Shown here one piece after another: positions 48,043-56,873 of a DNA stretch of 64,000 bases. The translations under genes and the position numbers were made by a program. Position 1 is the first letter of the stretch. Every line of letters starts with the position of its first letter. The stretch spans positions 1-64,000 of the forward strand of contig CAZNTG010000015.1 of the NCBI GenBank assembly GCA_964575955.1. Direction: 5' to 3'. The notes under the pieces were generated by a model. It made no database searches. It was not told the DNA's origin and saw only the letters and a list, made by a program, of their open reading frames with translations. The stretch comes from an uncultured Thermoproteaceae archaeon (GTDB lineage Archaea > Thermoproteota > Thermoprotei > Thermoproteales > Thermocladiaceae).

Positions 48043-48383
48043 TCTTCAAGTCTTGAAGAATATCTTAAACCAATTATTAATGATAACACTATGACAATAA
48101 CACACATAGCTACTAGATATGCAAATTTCAATACTTGACCACATGTAGATAGTACTAGTATGTACAGTGATGCACATTCAAGACATACTGCCATAAATAC
48201 AAATCCGAAATATTGCATTATAAGCTTCTTTCTAACTCTATCTATAGGTGGATTACCAGCTTCAAATCTCAAGACTTTCAACCTCTTCAAACCTCTATAT
48301 CTTCTAGATATTAAAACGCCTAAGATAACTATACATAGAAGTACTAAAATGCAAAATGCGACGTATATAAATACCCAAATCAT
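48033..48383 (-). CDS. nuoA: Complex I-like subunit A
   Basis: RFEAGNPP, MQYF; three TM helices. Confidence 0.85.
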   Translation of the reverse strand: MIWVFIYVAFCILVLLCIVILGVLISRRYRGLKRLKVLRFEAGNPPIDRVRKKLIMQYFGFVFMAVCLECASLYILVLSTCGQVLKFAYLVAMCVIVIVLSLIIGLRYSSRLEEWV

Positions 48384-48431
48384 TTCAAAATATAGAAGCT
48401 AAACGTATTAAATATCTTATCACTATACTAA

Positions 48432-50033
48432 GTGTCTTCAAACTCTGTATCTTCACTAGAGATGGCTGTAATAGATAGAAATTGTGAGTATCTTGGAATT
48501 CCTAGAAGAATATTGATGGAAAATGCTGGACGTGAAGTTGCTAAATATATAGTTGAAAATTTTCCAAATATTAGAAAGATAACTGTAGTATCAGGACTTG
48601 GAGATAATGGTGGTGATGGTGCTGTAGCTGCTAGATATCTCTACGAGTGGGGTAGAGATGTCAAATTTATACTACTTGGAAAAGTATCTGATTCAAAATC
48701 TGAAATTGCTAGACAAAATTTTGAAATTAATAAGAGTATTGGTATAGACTTTATAGAAATTACAAACACATTTGAACTATACGCAAACATGGAATTGATA
48801 GTTTCCTGGCCTGAAGTTGTGGTAGATGCAGTGTTAGGAACAGGAATTAGAGGTGCATTAAGAGAACCACAATACTCAGCTATAAAACTCATAAATATGT
48901 CAAAAGCATTGAAAATATCTGTAGATGTTCCAAGTGGTCTAGATCCAGATAGTGGAGATGTTAGAGATATAGCAGTTAAAGCTGACGTAACAATAACAAT
49001 GCATAAACCAAAGAGAGGACTTCTACTAGAAAAAGCTTCTAGATATGTTGGTAAACTTGTCACTGTAGATATTGGAATACCAAGAGAAGCAGAACATGTT
49101 GTAGGTCCAGGAGATCTACTATACCTAAATTGGAGAAGGAGAAGAGAAAGTAGGAAAGGTGAGCATGGTAGAGTAGTCATTGTTGGTGGTTCTGATGAAT
49201 TCGCAGGTGCACCAGCATTAGCAGCATTGTCAGCATTTAGAGTTGGTGTAGATATTGTAACAGTCATAGCACCAAGATCGGCAGCCCATGATATAAGATC
49301 ACAAACACCAAATCTGATAGTGATACCTATAGAGGGAAGATACTTCACACCACAACATGTAGATCAAGTATATCAATACTGTACAAGAGCTGACATAGTA
49401 CTTCTAGGTCCTGGAATATCTACAAGAGATGAAACACTTGAATTTGCTGCAGAATTATTTAAAAAACTTGTTGAGAGTGGTAAGAAGATTGTTATTGATG
49501 CTGACGGTATTAAAGCAATAGCAAAATATGAACTTACAAATTACATAAAACCAAATACAATAGTAACACCACATCAGAGAGAGTATAAGATGCTTACTGG
49601 TATGGAGATACCAAACATATCAAACCCATGGAAGAGAGCTGAAGAAATTTCAAAACAGGTTAAAGAAAAGTTTAATGGAGGTATAATAGTTTTGAAAGGA
49701 AATATAGACATTGTGACAGATGGATATAGATGGAAGATAAATATGACAGGTAATCCAGCAATGACAGTTGGAGGCACTGGTGATGTACTTTCAGGAACTG
49801 TAGCAGCAATGTGCACTAAATGTCAAGATATGTTTGAAGCAGCATGTATATCAATATTCGTAGTAGGTCTTGCAGGTGATTTAGCAGTGAGAAAATATGG
49901 ATATCACATACTTCCAACAGACGTAATTGAAAATATTCCAAAAGTGTTGAAAACTCTTCTAGAAGAGGATAGAGAGATAGATATAGTAATGCATGATCAA
50001 TCTAGAAGATTGCTAGGTAAGTTTGTAGATTAG
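48432..50033 (+). CDS. nnr: Bifunctional NAD(P)HX epimerase/dehydratase
   Basis: LMENAG, GDNGGDG, DVPSG, GAPALAA, DADG, GGTGDVLSG. Confidence 0.95.
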   Translation: MSSNSVSSLEMAVIDRNCEYLGIPRRILMENAGREVAKYIVENFPNIRKITVVSGLGDNGGDGAVAARYLYEWGRDVKFILLGKVSDSKSEIARQNFEINKSIGIDFIEITNTFELYANMELIVSWPEVVVDAVLGTGIRGALREPQYSAIKLINMSKALKISVDVPSGLDPDSGDVRDIAVKADVTITMHKPKRGLLLEKASRYVGKLVTVDIGIPREAEHVVGPGDLLYLNWRRRRESRKGEHGRVVIVGGSDEFAGAPALAALSAFRVGVDIVTVIAPRSAAHDIRSQTPNLIVIPIEGRYFTPQHVDQVYQYCTRADIVLLGPGISTRDETLEFAAELFKKLVESGKKIVIDADGIKAIAKYELTNYIKPNTIVTPHQREYKMLTGMEIPNISNPWKRAEEISKQVKEKFNGGIIVLKGNIDIVTDGYRWKINMTGNPAMTVGGTGDVLSGTVAAMCTKCQDMFEAACISIFVVGLAGDLAVRKYGYHILPTDVIENIPKVLKTLLEEDREIDIVMHDQSRRLLGKFVD

Positions 50034-50512
50034 AGTTCTATTAACTTAAGATTAGCATTTCCAGATTCACACTCTACCGATACTATATCCATTTTCTTCC
50101 CTATTTGATGTTCTATTACATATTTAACAAACGACGCTACTGGGCATGGTCTTTTTCCAAACATCTGCTTATAGACATCCCATCTCATCATTACACATCC
50201 ACACAATCCTTTGAATGTACAATTCTTAACTTCTATAAACATCTCTCTACTTCCCATCTTAAAGTTTATATCATCTACGGCTTTGATCTTACTGCTGGTT
50301 AACGCTTTCTTAATACTTCCAAGAAGTTTTTCTAAATCTTTAACATCTTCTATTAGTCCAGATTCAACAGCAAATCTTGCAGCAAGATCTATAGCTAGCT
50401 CTATTATTGAAATCGTTGTCTCTCCACCCATGGCTATGTGTGCTGCTACTAGTAGTGTTGTTATTGCTAGATCTTTAATATCTTCGACAGGTAGTTGTAG
50501 TTGTGAGGTCAT
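50030..50512 (-). CDS. V4R-like Cys-containing domain protein, copy 3
   Basis: IEVKNCTFKGLCGC...RPCPVA...VECESGNANLKL; homologous to 645..1118 and 1605..2090. Confidence 0.62.
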   Translation of the reverse strand: MTSQLQLPVEDIKDLAITTLLVAAHIAMGGETTISIIELAIDLAARFAVESGLIEDVKDLEKLLGSIKKALTSSKIKAVDDINFKMGSREMFIEVKNCTFKGLCGCVMMRWDVYKQMFGKRPCPVASFVKYVIEHQIGKKMDIVSVECESGNANLKLIEL

Positions 50513-50525
50513 TATAACACCTGTA

Positions 50526-50942
50526 CTATCTTAGTATTTCTCTTATTTTTGAAATATATCTATCAAGTTCAAGTAGTATAAGGCCTAGATTTGCATCATT
50601 AGGTGTTAATATTCCTATAAATATCTCTCGTGTATCGATGTTTATCGGTCTTATAATTAACTTACCTGAGTCTCCCTCAATGAGTATTAAACTTACATTA
50701 CCATTCTTCAACTGTCTAAATATTCTCCTACTGGAACCAACAGCTGCCGTAACCATTGCAGATATAGCTCTCTCATCCATCCTCTGCTCTCTAACTCTGT
50801 ATGAGAATATGACTAGTCCATCAGGTCTTGTTATCACTAGACCCTCTATATCTGGACTACATCTCGATACGAAATCCCTAGATATCTCTTCTAACTGTCT
50901 AGTAACTGCTTCAGGACCACTAAATGGAAGTTCCGTCGACAT
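50526..50942 (-). CDS. Roadblock/LC7 domain protein, copy 3
   Basis: LVITRPDGLVI, ISAMV..AVGSSRRI, LIEGDSGKLII, ANLGLILL. Confidence 0.87.
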   Translation of the reverse strand: MSTELPFSGPEAVTRQLEEISRDFVSRCSPDIEGLVITRPDGLVIFSYRVREQRMDERAISAMVTAAVGSSRRIFRQLKNGNVSLILIEGDSGKLIIRPINIDTREIFIGILTPNDANLGLILLELDRYISKIREILR

Positions 50943-51014
50943 ATATCAATTACTCTTGAATTGGAGTTAATAAACATTTACACTTTAGGCAGTTTTAGGG
51001 ATATATAAATTAGC

Positions 51015-51067
51015 GTGATGAGGGATCCCAGAACTGAGAAATTGATGAAGGTCCCCGAGGACGCTGA
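51015..51067 (+). ncRNA. Box C/D guide sRNA
   Basis: C GTGATGA - GGGATCCCAGAA - D' CTGA - C' TTGATGA - AGGTCCCCGAGGACG - D CTGA. Confidence 0.85.
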
Positions 51068-51068
51068 T

Positions 51069-51941
51069 ATGATATTTAAGGTTGAGATACCTCTACACGT
51101 GTCAGGAATATGGACAATAGAGTGGCATAGAGATGAAGTAGAGTCAGGATCTAGAGGTGCAGGGTTAGTCCTCGAACCAACAGTTGAAGCATATGTAAAA
51201 TATCAAAATAACTACAATAATGAAGTGGTAATAAATGGAGAAAAAATAGAATTAAAAAACTTCAAAGTAATAGATAGATTAATAGAGAGTAGAAGTAGAT
51301 TTAGAATTGAAGTATTTGCAAAGGCAAGACTTGGATATGGATATGGACTAAGTGCAGCATTGTCAATAATATACTCACTATCTAAAAACATGTTTAAAGA
51401 TGTTGAAAAATGTCTAAAACTTGCACATATATCTGAAGTTAAGTGCTTAACAGGTCTTGGAGATGTCATTGCTGAAGTATATGGAGGTGATATAGAAGTT
51501 AGATTAAAATCGGGAGCACCAAAAATTGGGAAAATATGTAAAGTAGTGTTGAGAAAGAAGATTAAGGTTCTAATTACAGAGCTTGAAAAATATTATGAAG
51601 ATACTAGAGAGATGTTGATGTATAGATTTGAGAGAATTAAGAAGTATGGATTAAAATTTCTGAATATGTTTATTAAGAATCCAGATATTGAAAATTATAT
51701 ATACACATCATACCTATTCTCTAAAAGTATTGGATATATTAGAGATGATATTGAGAATTTCTTAAGAAGTTATAAGAGGTATTATGTAGGTTTTTATATT
51801 AAGAAGAGACTTTTAGTAGTAATTCCTGAGAAGGATTTTGAACTTGATATTAAACAATTACTTTACTCTAAATTTGGTAATTGTAAGGTATTCTATACTA
51901 CTAGTAATGGATTGAGAATAGTTAGCCAAGGCTTCCTCTAA
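51069..51941 (+). CDS. Pantoate kinase (GHMP family)
   Basis: PLHVSG, GSRGAG, LGYGYGLSAA, AHISEV..LTGLGDV, GAP; ATG 51069 directly after the sRNA. Confidence 0.85.
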   Translation: MIFKVEIPLHVSGIWTIEWHRDEVESGSRGAGLVLEPTVEAYVKYQNNYNNEVVINGEKIELKNFKVIDRLIESRSRFRIEVFAKARLGYGYGLSAALSIIYSLSKNMFKDVEKCLKLAHISEVKCLTGLGDVIAEVYGGDIEVRLKSGAPKIGKICKVVLRKKIKVLITELEKYYEDTREMLMYRFERIKKYGLKFLNMFIKNPDIENYIYTSYLFSKSIGYIRDDIENFLRSYKRYYVGFYIKKRLLVVIPEKDFELDIKQLLYSKFGNCKVFYTTSNGLRIVSQGFL

Positions 51942-53454
51942 CAATACCTGCCTCTACTAGGTATTTCACACTTTCAGCTTTTCCAAAGTTTTTATAGAAG
52001 TAGTGTATTAGTTCTCTATGCTTATCTACCCATTCTTCATGTATTGGTTCAACATTTATGTAATTTTTCAATTCTTCTAGATCATCCATGAGTAGTTTAA
52101 ATGCTTTACTATCCATATACTTTCTAGCCAGTGATATATCTAGTAGTGCTAGATCAAACTCTAGGTCTTTATATATTATTGGTGATATTTCTCTAATTAT
52201 CAACTCTAGAGCATCTTTACCAAGTTCCTTCTCAACTCTACTAAGTCCACGACCAAGTCCTATAATTGTTGGAGGTATACCCATTGTGTATAATGCTGCT
52301 ACAAAGTTTATTGCTCTTGGAAGTACTATATTTCTATCTTCAACAATTTCAACAATTTCTCTATCTTCACTAAACATTGCACTTTCCTGAATACTTCTAG
52401 AGTATTTTGTAACATCCATTCTATCTCTCCTCTTTGGTATGAAGCTATTTATTATTAATATCTTATCTGTCAATCTTACAATTAGTCTTAGATATTCTGC
52501 TACAAGTATTTTACATGCTTTCTTTAGAGTATTCTCCTCATCTTCACCATATATTCTAGGTGCTCTACCAACCTTATCCTGTAGATTTGATAGTACTTCT
52601 CTAACAGCATTTGGACCCATGTCAAATCTTATTCCTGACTGTATTGTTACTGTGTAGAACCATCTATACGTATCTGCAAACTCGTTAACAGCTTCAGGAC
52701 TTAGATGACCTCTAAATGGTAGTCTACCAACACCAATTATTGGGTATATCTTAACACCAAGCTCCTTGCTAAGCTTCCAAAGTTTTGAAAGTGCAATCTT
52801 TATACTAATTATAGATGGTGCATGTCCATAGATCATTGCAGGATCAGACTTGCCAATCATTATTCTAGCCTCATTCTTCTCTGTAAATAGTGCAGATTCT
52901 ACAAGCCATCTCCTTATAAGTCTATCAATCTCAAGCATTACTTCAACATCCTCTATCAATGGAATAACACTAACATCAAAACCAAGTTTTCTACCTGCCT
53001 CATCTTCAAGAAGTTTTTGAATATTCCATAATCTTCTCTGAAGTTTTAGTAATTCATCAGGACTTCCAGTCATTGGATTAATAACATACTTAACAGCTTC
53101 AGGAATCTCAATGTTCGTTATTAATGATGATATTAGAACTATTAGATGTCTATCAAGATTTTCAAGTCTAGGATTTGGAAGTCTTGGAGTTAGTATGAAA
53201 TCTCTACCAGCAACATATCCAAGTCTTGTAAGTTCTTCAGCAATCCACTTAACTTGATGATATGGTGTTAACTTTCCCTCATAGTCAACCATCTTCTCAT
53301 CACAACAATAACCACCAGATTCGAAATCCATAATATCCTTAACAGCTTCCTGAACTTCCTCATTAGCATCAATACACCTACTAGCAGAATCAGGATGTTG
53401 AGTACACATTGCAAGCGGTATACCTATTCTAGATAGCTGCTTTACTGAACTCAC
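51922..53454 (-). CDS. ppcA: Archaeal phosphoenolpyruvate carboxylase
   Basis: MCTQHPD, DYEGK, IPLIED, KSDPA, PFRGH, TIQS, LPRAI, RGSLG. Confidence 0.95.
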   Translation of the reverse strand: MSSVKQLSRIGIPLAMCTQHPDSASRCIDANEEVQEAVKDIMDFESGGYCCDEKMVDYEGKLTPYHQVKWIAEELTRLGYVAGRDFILTPRLPNPRLENLDRHLIVLISSLITNIEIPEAVKYVINPMTGSPDELLKLQRRLWNIQKLLEDEAGRKLGFDVSVIPLIEDVEVMLEIDRLIRRWLVESALFTEKNEARIMIGKSDPAMIYGHAPSIISIKIALSKLWKLSKELGVKIYPIIGVGRLPFRGHLSPEAVNEFADTYRWFYTVTIQSGIRFDMGPNAVREVLSNLQDKVGRAPRIYGEDEENTLKKACKILVAEYLRLIVRLTDKILIINSFIPKRRDRMDVTKYSRSIQESAMFSEDREIVEIVEDRNIVLPRAINFVAALYTMGIPPTIIGLGRGLSRVEKELGKDALELIIREISPIIYKDLEFDLALLDISLARKYMDSKAFKLLMDDLEELKNYINVEPIHEEWVDKHRELIHYFYKNFGKAESVKYLVEAGIVRGSLG

Positions 53455-53506
53455 ACAATACTCAAATCTAAAAGTTAGTCACATTTATAAGGTTAATCAT
53501 GTATCC

Positions 53507-54298
53507 ATGAGAATAATGGTAGATATATATAAGGTTACCGAATTCTTAGATAAGTATCTAGGTGTTCAAAATTTTGAAGATATAGACATAGTAGTTAATG
53601 GCCTCGAAATTGAAGGTTCTCAAGAAATTGAAAAAGCCATATTTGCAGTAAGTCTTACAGAGAGAGTAGTAGACATATGTATAGAAGAGAATTGTAATGC
53701 AATATTTCTACATCATGGAATACTACTAAGAGGAAGTAGAGGTTCAGAAATAATCTTAAAAACAATAAGAGGAAGTTTTAGAAGAATATTAAAGAAAATA
53801 CTACAAAATGATATAAACATAATAGCATACCACCTACCGCTAGACGCACATCCAGAAATTGGAAATAATATAACAATAGCAAAAATACTAAATCTAACAA
53901 ACATAGAGTGGATACCTGAGAAGAGAGGACCACCAATAGGAATTGTAGGAGAGTTAGAAAATGAAAGAGATAGAGAAGAAATACTAAAGATAGTTAAAGA
54001 GAGAATTAATGAAAAATCGGTACTACTACCTCACGGTCCTGAAAAAGTTAAGAAAATAGCCATAGTGTCCGGAGCTGGATCAGAGTATGTATATAGATTT
54101 AGGAGAGGTGAGATAGATCTACTACTGACAGGCGAGGTTAAAGAAAGTTGCGAAGTATATGCAATAAATGAGGGAATAAATATCATAGTTGCTGGACATT
54201 ACCATACAGAGCTAGTGGGAATGCGAAACCTTTCCAAAATTGTATGTAGTAGATTTAGTATTAGCACTATGGTGGTAGAAGAAAGACAGAACATTTAA
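53507..54298 (+). CDS. Nif3-like dinuclear metal centre protein
   Basis: NGLEI, HHG, YHLPLDAHPEIGNN, SGAG, GHYHTE. Confidence 0.93.
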   Translation: MRIMVDIYKVTEFLDKYLGVQNFEDIDIVVNGLEIEGSQEIEKAIFAVSLTERVVDICIEENCNAIFLHHGILLRGSRGSEIILKTIRGSFRRILKKILQNDINIIAYHLPLDAHPEIGNNITIAKILNLTNIEWIPEKRGPPIGIVGELENERDREEILKIVKERINEKSVLLPHGPEKVKKIAIVSGAGSEYVYRFRRGEIDLLLTGEVKESCEVYAINEGINIIVAGHYHTELVGMRNLSKIVCSRFSISTMVVEERQNI

Positions 54299-54366
54299 CT
54301 TTTGCGTTGAATAAACGAAGAAAATGTTTAAAATATACCGAATGAAAATCTGTACCATAGATAGGT

Positions 54367-55458
54367 GTGAATGCAAAGAAGTACATTTTGCTTATAATTA
54401 CTCTAGTTGTTATAATAGCAGTACTCGCATTTTTAACTGTATTGAGATATATTAAACAAGGTATATACGTATCTTCACATAAATCTGAGAATGTATTATA
54501 TAATATTCTTTATGAACTGCTTAAGACTCCAAGTAATGTATCAATATCATATATGCAATCTTACATAGAAGCATCTTTAAAACTTATTTCAAAAGCCGGC
54601 ATGCCCTTTAGTGCATATTCGCTCAGACATGTAGTGTTAAAATATGTGAATGTCTTTTACACGAAGAAGCCGGGATTTAAAATATTTGGCATTGATGGCA
54701 AAGAACTCAACATATGTATAACTAGTAATGTGGGAAGAGAATGTACAAATTTTAGCGATTTCATCTACATAATATACATTTCTAATAAAAGTAGTGTTGA
54801 ATGTTTTAGAGGAAGTGCTACGATATTAATACGCGGTAAGGTATATAGATTATCAACACACGGAGTATGTATAACTCTGAGATACAACATTACACCAGAT
54901 GAATTATATAGAGTATACTTAACATCTTTACGAAATATGCTAAACTTAGCTAAGTGTTTAGATGGCCTATGTAATCTAAGGGGTACTGTGAATTATGTAC
55001 ACATGCTAAAGTACTATATTACTAGTCAATTAGCTAGATCGAATGTAGCTTATGTAGGAATAGTTAAGGTATATAAGGAAAGTAGTAGCTTACTAAAATT
55101 GCTTAAGCTCAATCTGTGGAAAATAGATTCCTCCGTGAATGTAAGTAAACATGAGCTTAGTGCAGAGGGGAAATTATATTCCTTAAGCAAAAATGTTAAG
55201 TGTGAAGTAAGCTTCAAGATAGTAGAAAACTATACTCTTACTAGGAGAATTAATACTAAGTATATACTTTCAATAATTAATAAGATGGAGAGGTTGAATA
55301 TAAACACATTGTTACTAAAGAAATCTCTAAAAATAAAGTACTTATTATATGCAATAACACTGTTAAGAAATGTATCCATACCCACACCTCTAGTTAGTGT
55401 ATACATAATGCCGGCTGAATTATCTCTCCTTATATCCCTACTGTATAAATACATATAG
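54367..55458 (+). CDS. Hypothetical membrane-anchored/surface protein
   Basis: N-terminal KK plus TM helix, hydrophobic C-terminus; 363 aa. Confidence 0.65.
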   Translation: MNAKKYILLIITLVVIIAVLAFLTVLRYIKQGIYVSSHKSENVLYNILYELLKTPSNVSISYMQSYIEASLKLISKAGMPFSAYSLRHVVLKYVNVFYTKKPGFKIFGIDGKELNICITSNVGRECTNFSDFIYIIYISNKSSVECFRGSATILIRGKVYRLSTHGVCITLRYNITPDELYRVYLTSLRNMLNLAKCLDGLCNLRGTVNYVHMLKYYITSQLARSNVAYVGIVKVYKESSSLLKLLKLNLWKIDSSVNVSKHELSAEGKLYSLSKNVKCEVSFKIVENYTLTRRINTKYILSIINKMERLNINTLLLKKSLKIKYLLYAITLLRNVSIPTPLVSVYIMPAELSLLISLLYKYI

Positions 55459-55572
55459 TGTATAAAATTGTAACTCTTCTAAAGTCAACCTCATCACATA
55501 GCAACATTCTACTCGAGGAACAAAATAGTAATAAATCTCTATACCGATATAGAAGTTAGAGGTGAAGCATCT

Positions 55573-55950
55573 ATGAATGCTCATAAATTCTCAGATAGAA
55601 AGAAGACAGATCTGAGTAATGAGGTCGCTAGAATACTAGACGACGTAAAGAAATTCCATGTACATAAGGCTGATGGTACAACTGTAGAGGAGGTTGTTTC
55701 AGCACTTCAAGAAGTTGAAAGTGTTATAAAACAGAGGGATTTCGAGGATAAGACCATGATAACAGAGCTCTCTAAACTAGATTTTGAAGAACTAAGAAGA
55801 AAAAGAGATTTTTTGATAACTCAAACAAGAAGTCTACTGAGAGATATTTATGTACTTTCATCGCAAATACGAAAGAATGTAAGACTTATAAAAATGATAA
55901 ATAGAATACTTGAAAAGAAACTTCTAGAGAAGAGAAGCAGCGAGCTGTAA
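55573..55950 (+). CDS. Hypothetical coiled-coil protein
   Basis: SD GAGGTG upstream; charged helical 125 aa. Confidence 0.7.
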   Translation: MNAHKFSDRKKTDLSNEVARILDDVKKFHVHKADGTTVEEVVSALQEVESVIKQRDFEDKTMITELSKLDFEELRRKRDFLITQTRSLLRDIYVLSSQIRKNVRLIKMINRILEKKLLEKRSSEL

Positions 55951-55955
55951 ATACA

Positions 55956-56810
55956 TCATGAGATTATAAATTTCACATATTCGTCTTCCTCCGTTGACAG
56001 AAAATGTTCTGCTATCTTATGTATTATATCGCTTCTATCATTCTTGATACAGTACATATAGAGTTCTAGGAAGACCTCAGGTAAATCCTTTTCAACTTCT
56101 GCAAACTTTAGTCTTCTATAGTTGATCTTGTATATACTTAATCCATATTGCCTTCTTATACTCTCTACTTCTTCATAAACTTCTCTCCGTATGTAATCCA
56201 TCATAGATAACTTTATCTTGTTTAGTATTACCTTTACATTAGGCTTTCTATTTAAAAATCGTTCAAGAGCTTCACATTGCTTTTTTAAGTATGCAACATG
56301 TTCTTTAACAGGTTCTATGACGAACACTATATCATCAACAAACTTCAGTACATTGGCTATGGCTTCATAAAGCCTCATGGATGGTAAGTCAACTATGACA
56401 AAGATGTTTCTCTGCTTTAACGCTTGAAATACATCATTGAGAATAGAGAAATCCGCCAATTCTTTAAGCTCATCTGGAGATGCATAGCCGGCAGGAATTA
56501 TTATAAATGGTTTATTGTCGATTTGATATAGTGTTTTCCTGATATCGCATTTACCTAACAGGTAATCTAGGAGACCATACCTTCCAGGTTCATTGTGACA
56601 CGACTTGATTAAATCTCTATAGGATACTTGTCTCGATAATTCCTGGAGTATTATTCCAATTTGATTCATATCAATGCTTAGATCAACTAAAACGACTTTG
56701 TAAGGTATGTCTGGGTTTTCAACTAGTAGTATTGATGTGAATATACTTAGTGTCGTCTTTCCAGTTCCCCCTTTTTCGCCACTATAGAATGCCACAACTT
56801 TCGCGCTCAT
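55956..56810 (-). CDS. MinD/ParA-family ATPase
   Basis: Deviant Walker A KGGTGKTT, VVLVDL, IIPAG, VIVDLP, VILNK. Confidence 0.88.
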   Translation of the reverse strand: MSAKVVAFYSGEKGGTGKTTLSIFTSILLVENPDIPYKVVLVDLSIDMNQIGIILQELSRQVSYRDLIKSCHNEPGRYGLLDYLLGKCDIRKTLYQIDNKPFIIIPAGYASPDELKELADFSILNDVFQALKQRNIFVIVDLPSMRLYEAIANVLKFVDDIVFVIEPVKEHVAYLKKQCEALERFLNRKPNVKVILNKIKLSMMDYIRREVYEEVESIRRQYGLSIYKINYRRLKFAEVEKDLPEVFLELYMYCIKNDRSDIIHKIAEHFLSTEEDEYVKFIIS

Positions 56811-56873
56811 CTAGAGTAATTGAATTGGAGAAGAGGTTTTAATGTGTGTTCGCTTAAACTTAAATATCGAATT

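Noticed and set aside
283-49816. Many antisense ORFs in the track (e.g. 283..666, 15675..16127, 31665..32219, 46982..47614, 48641..49348)
   Set aside because: They shadow well-supported genes on the opposite strand and have Ser/Ile/Leu-rich antisense composition with no motifs
51015-51068. N-terminal 18 aa of the 51015..51941 ORF
   Set aside because: This stretch is a complete C/D sRNA; pantoate kinase similarity starts at Met 51069
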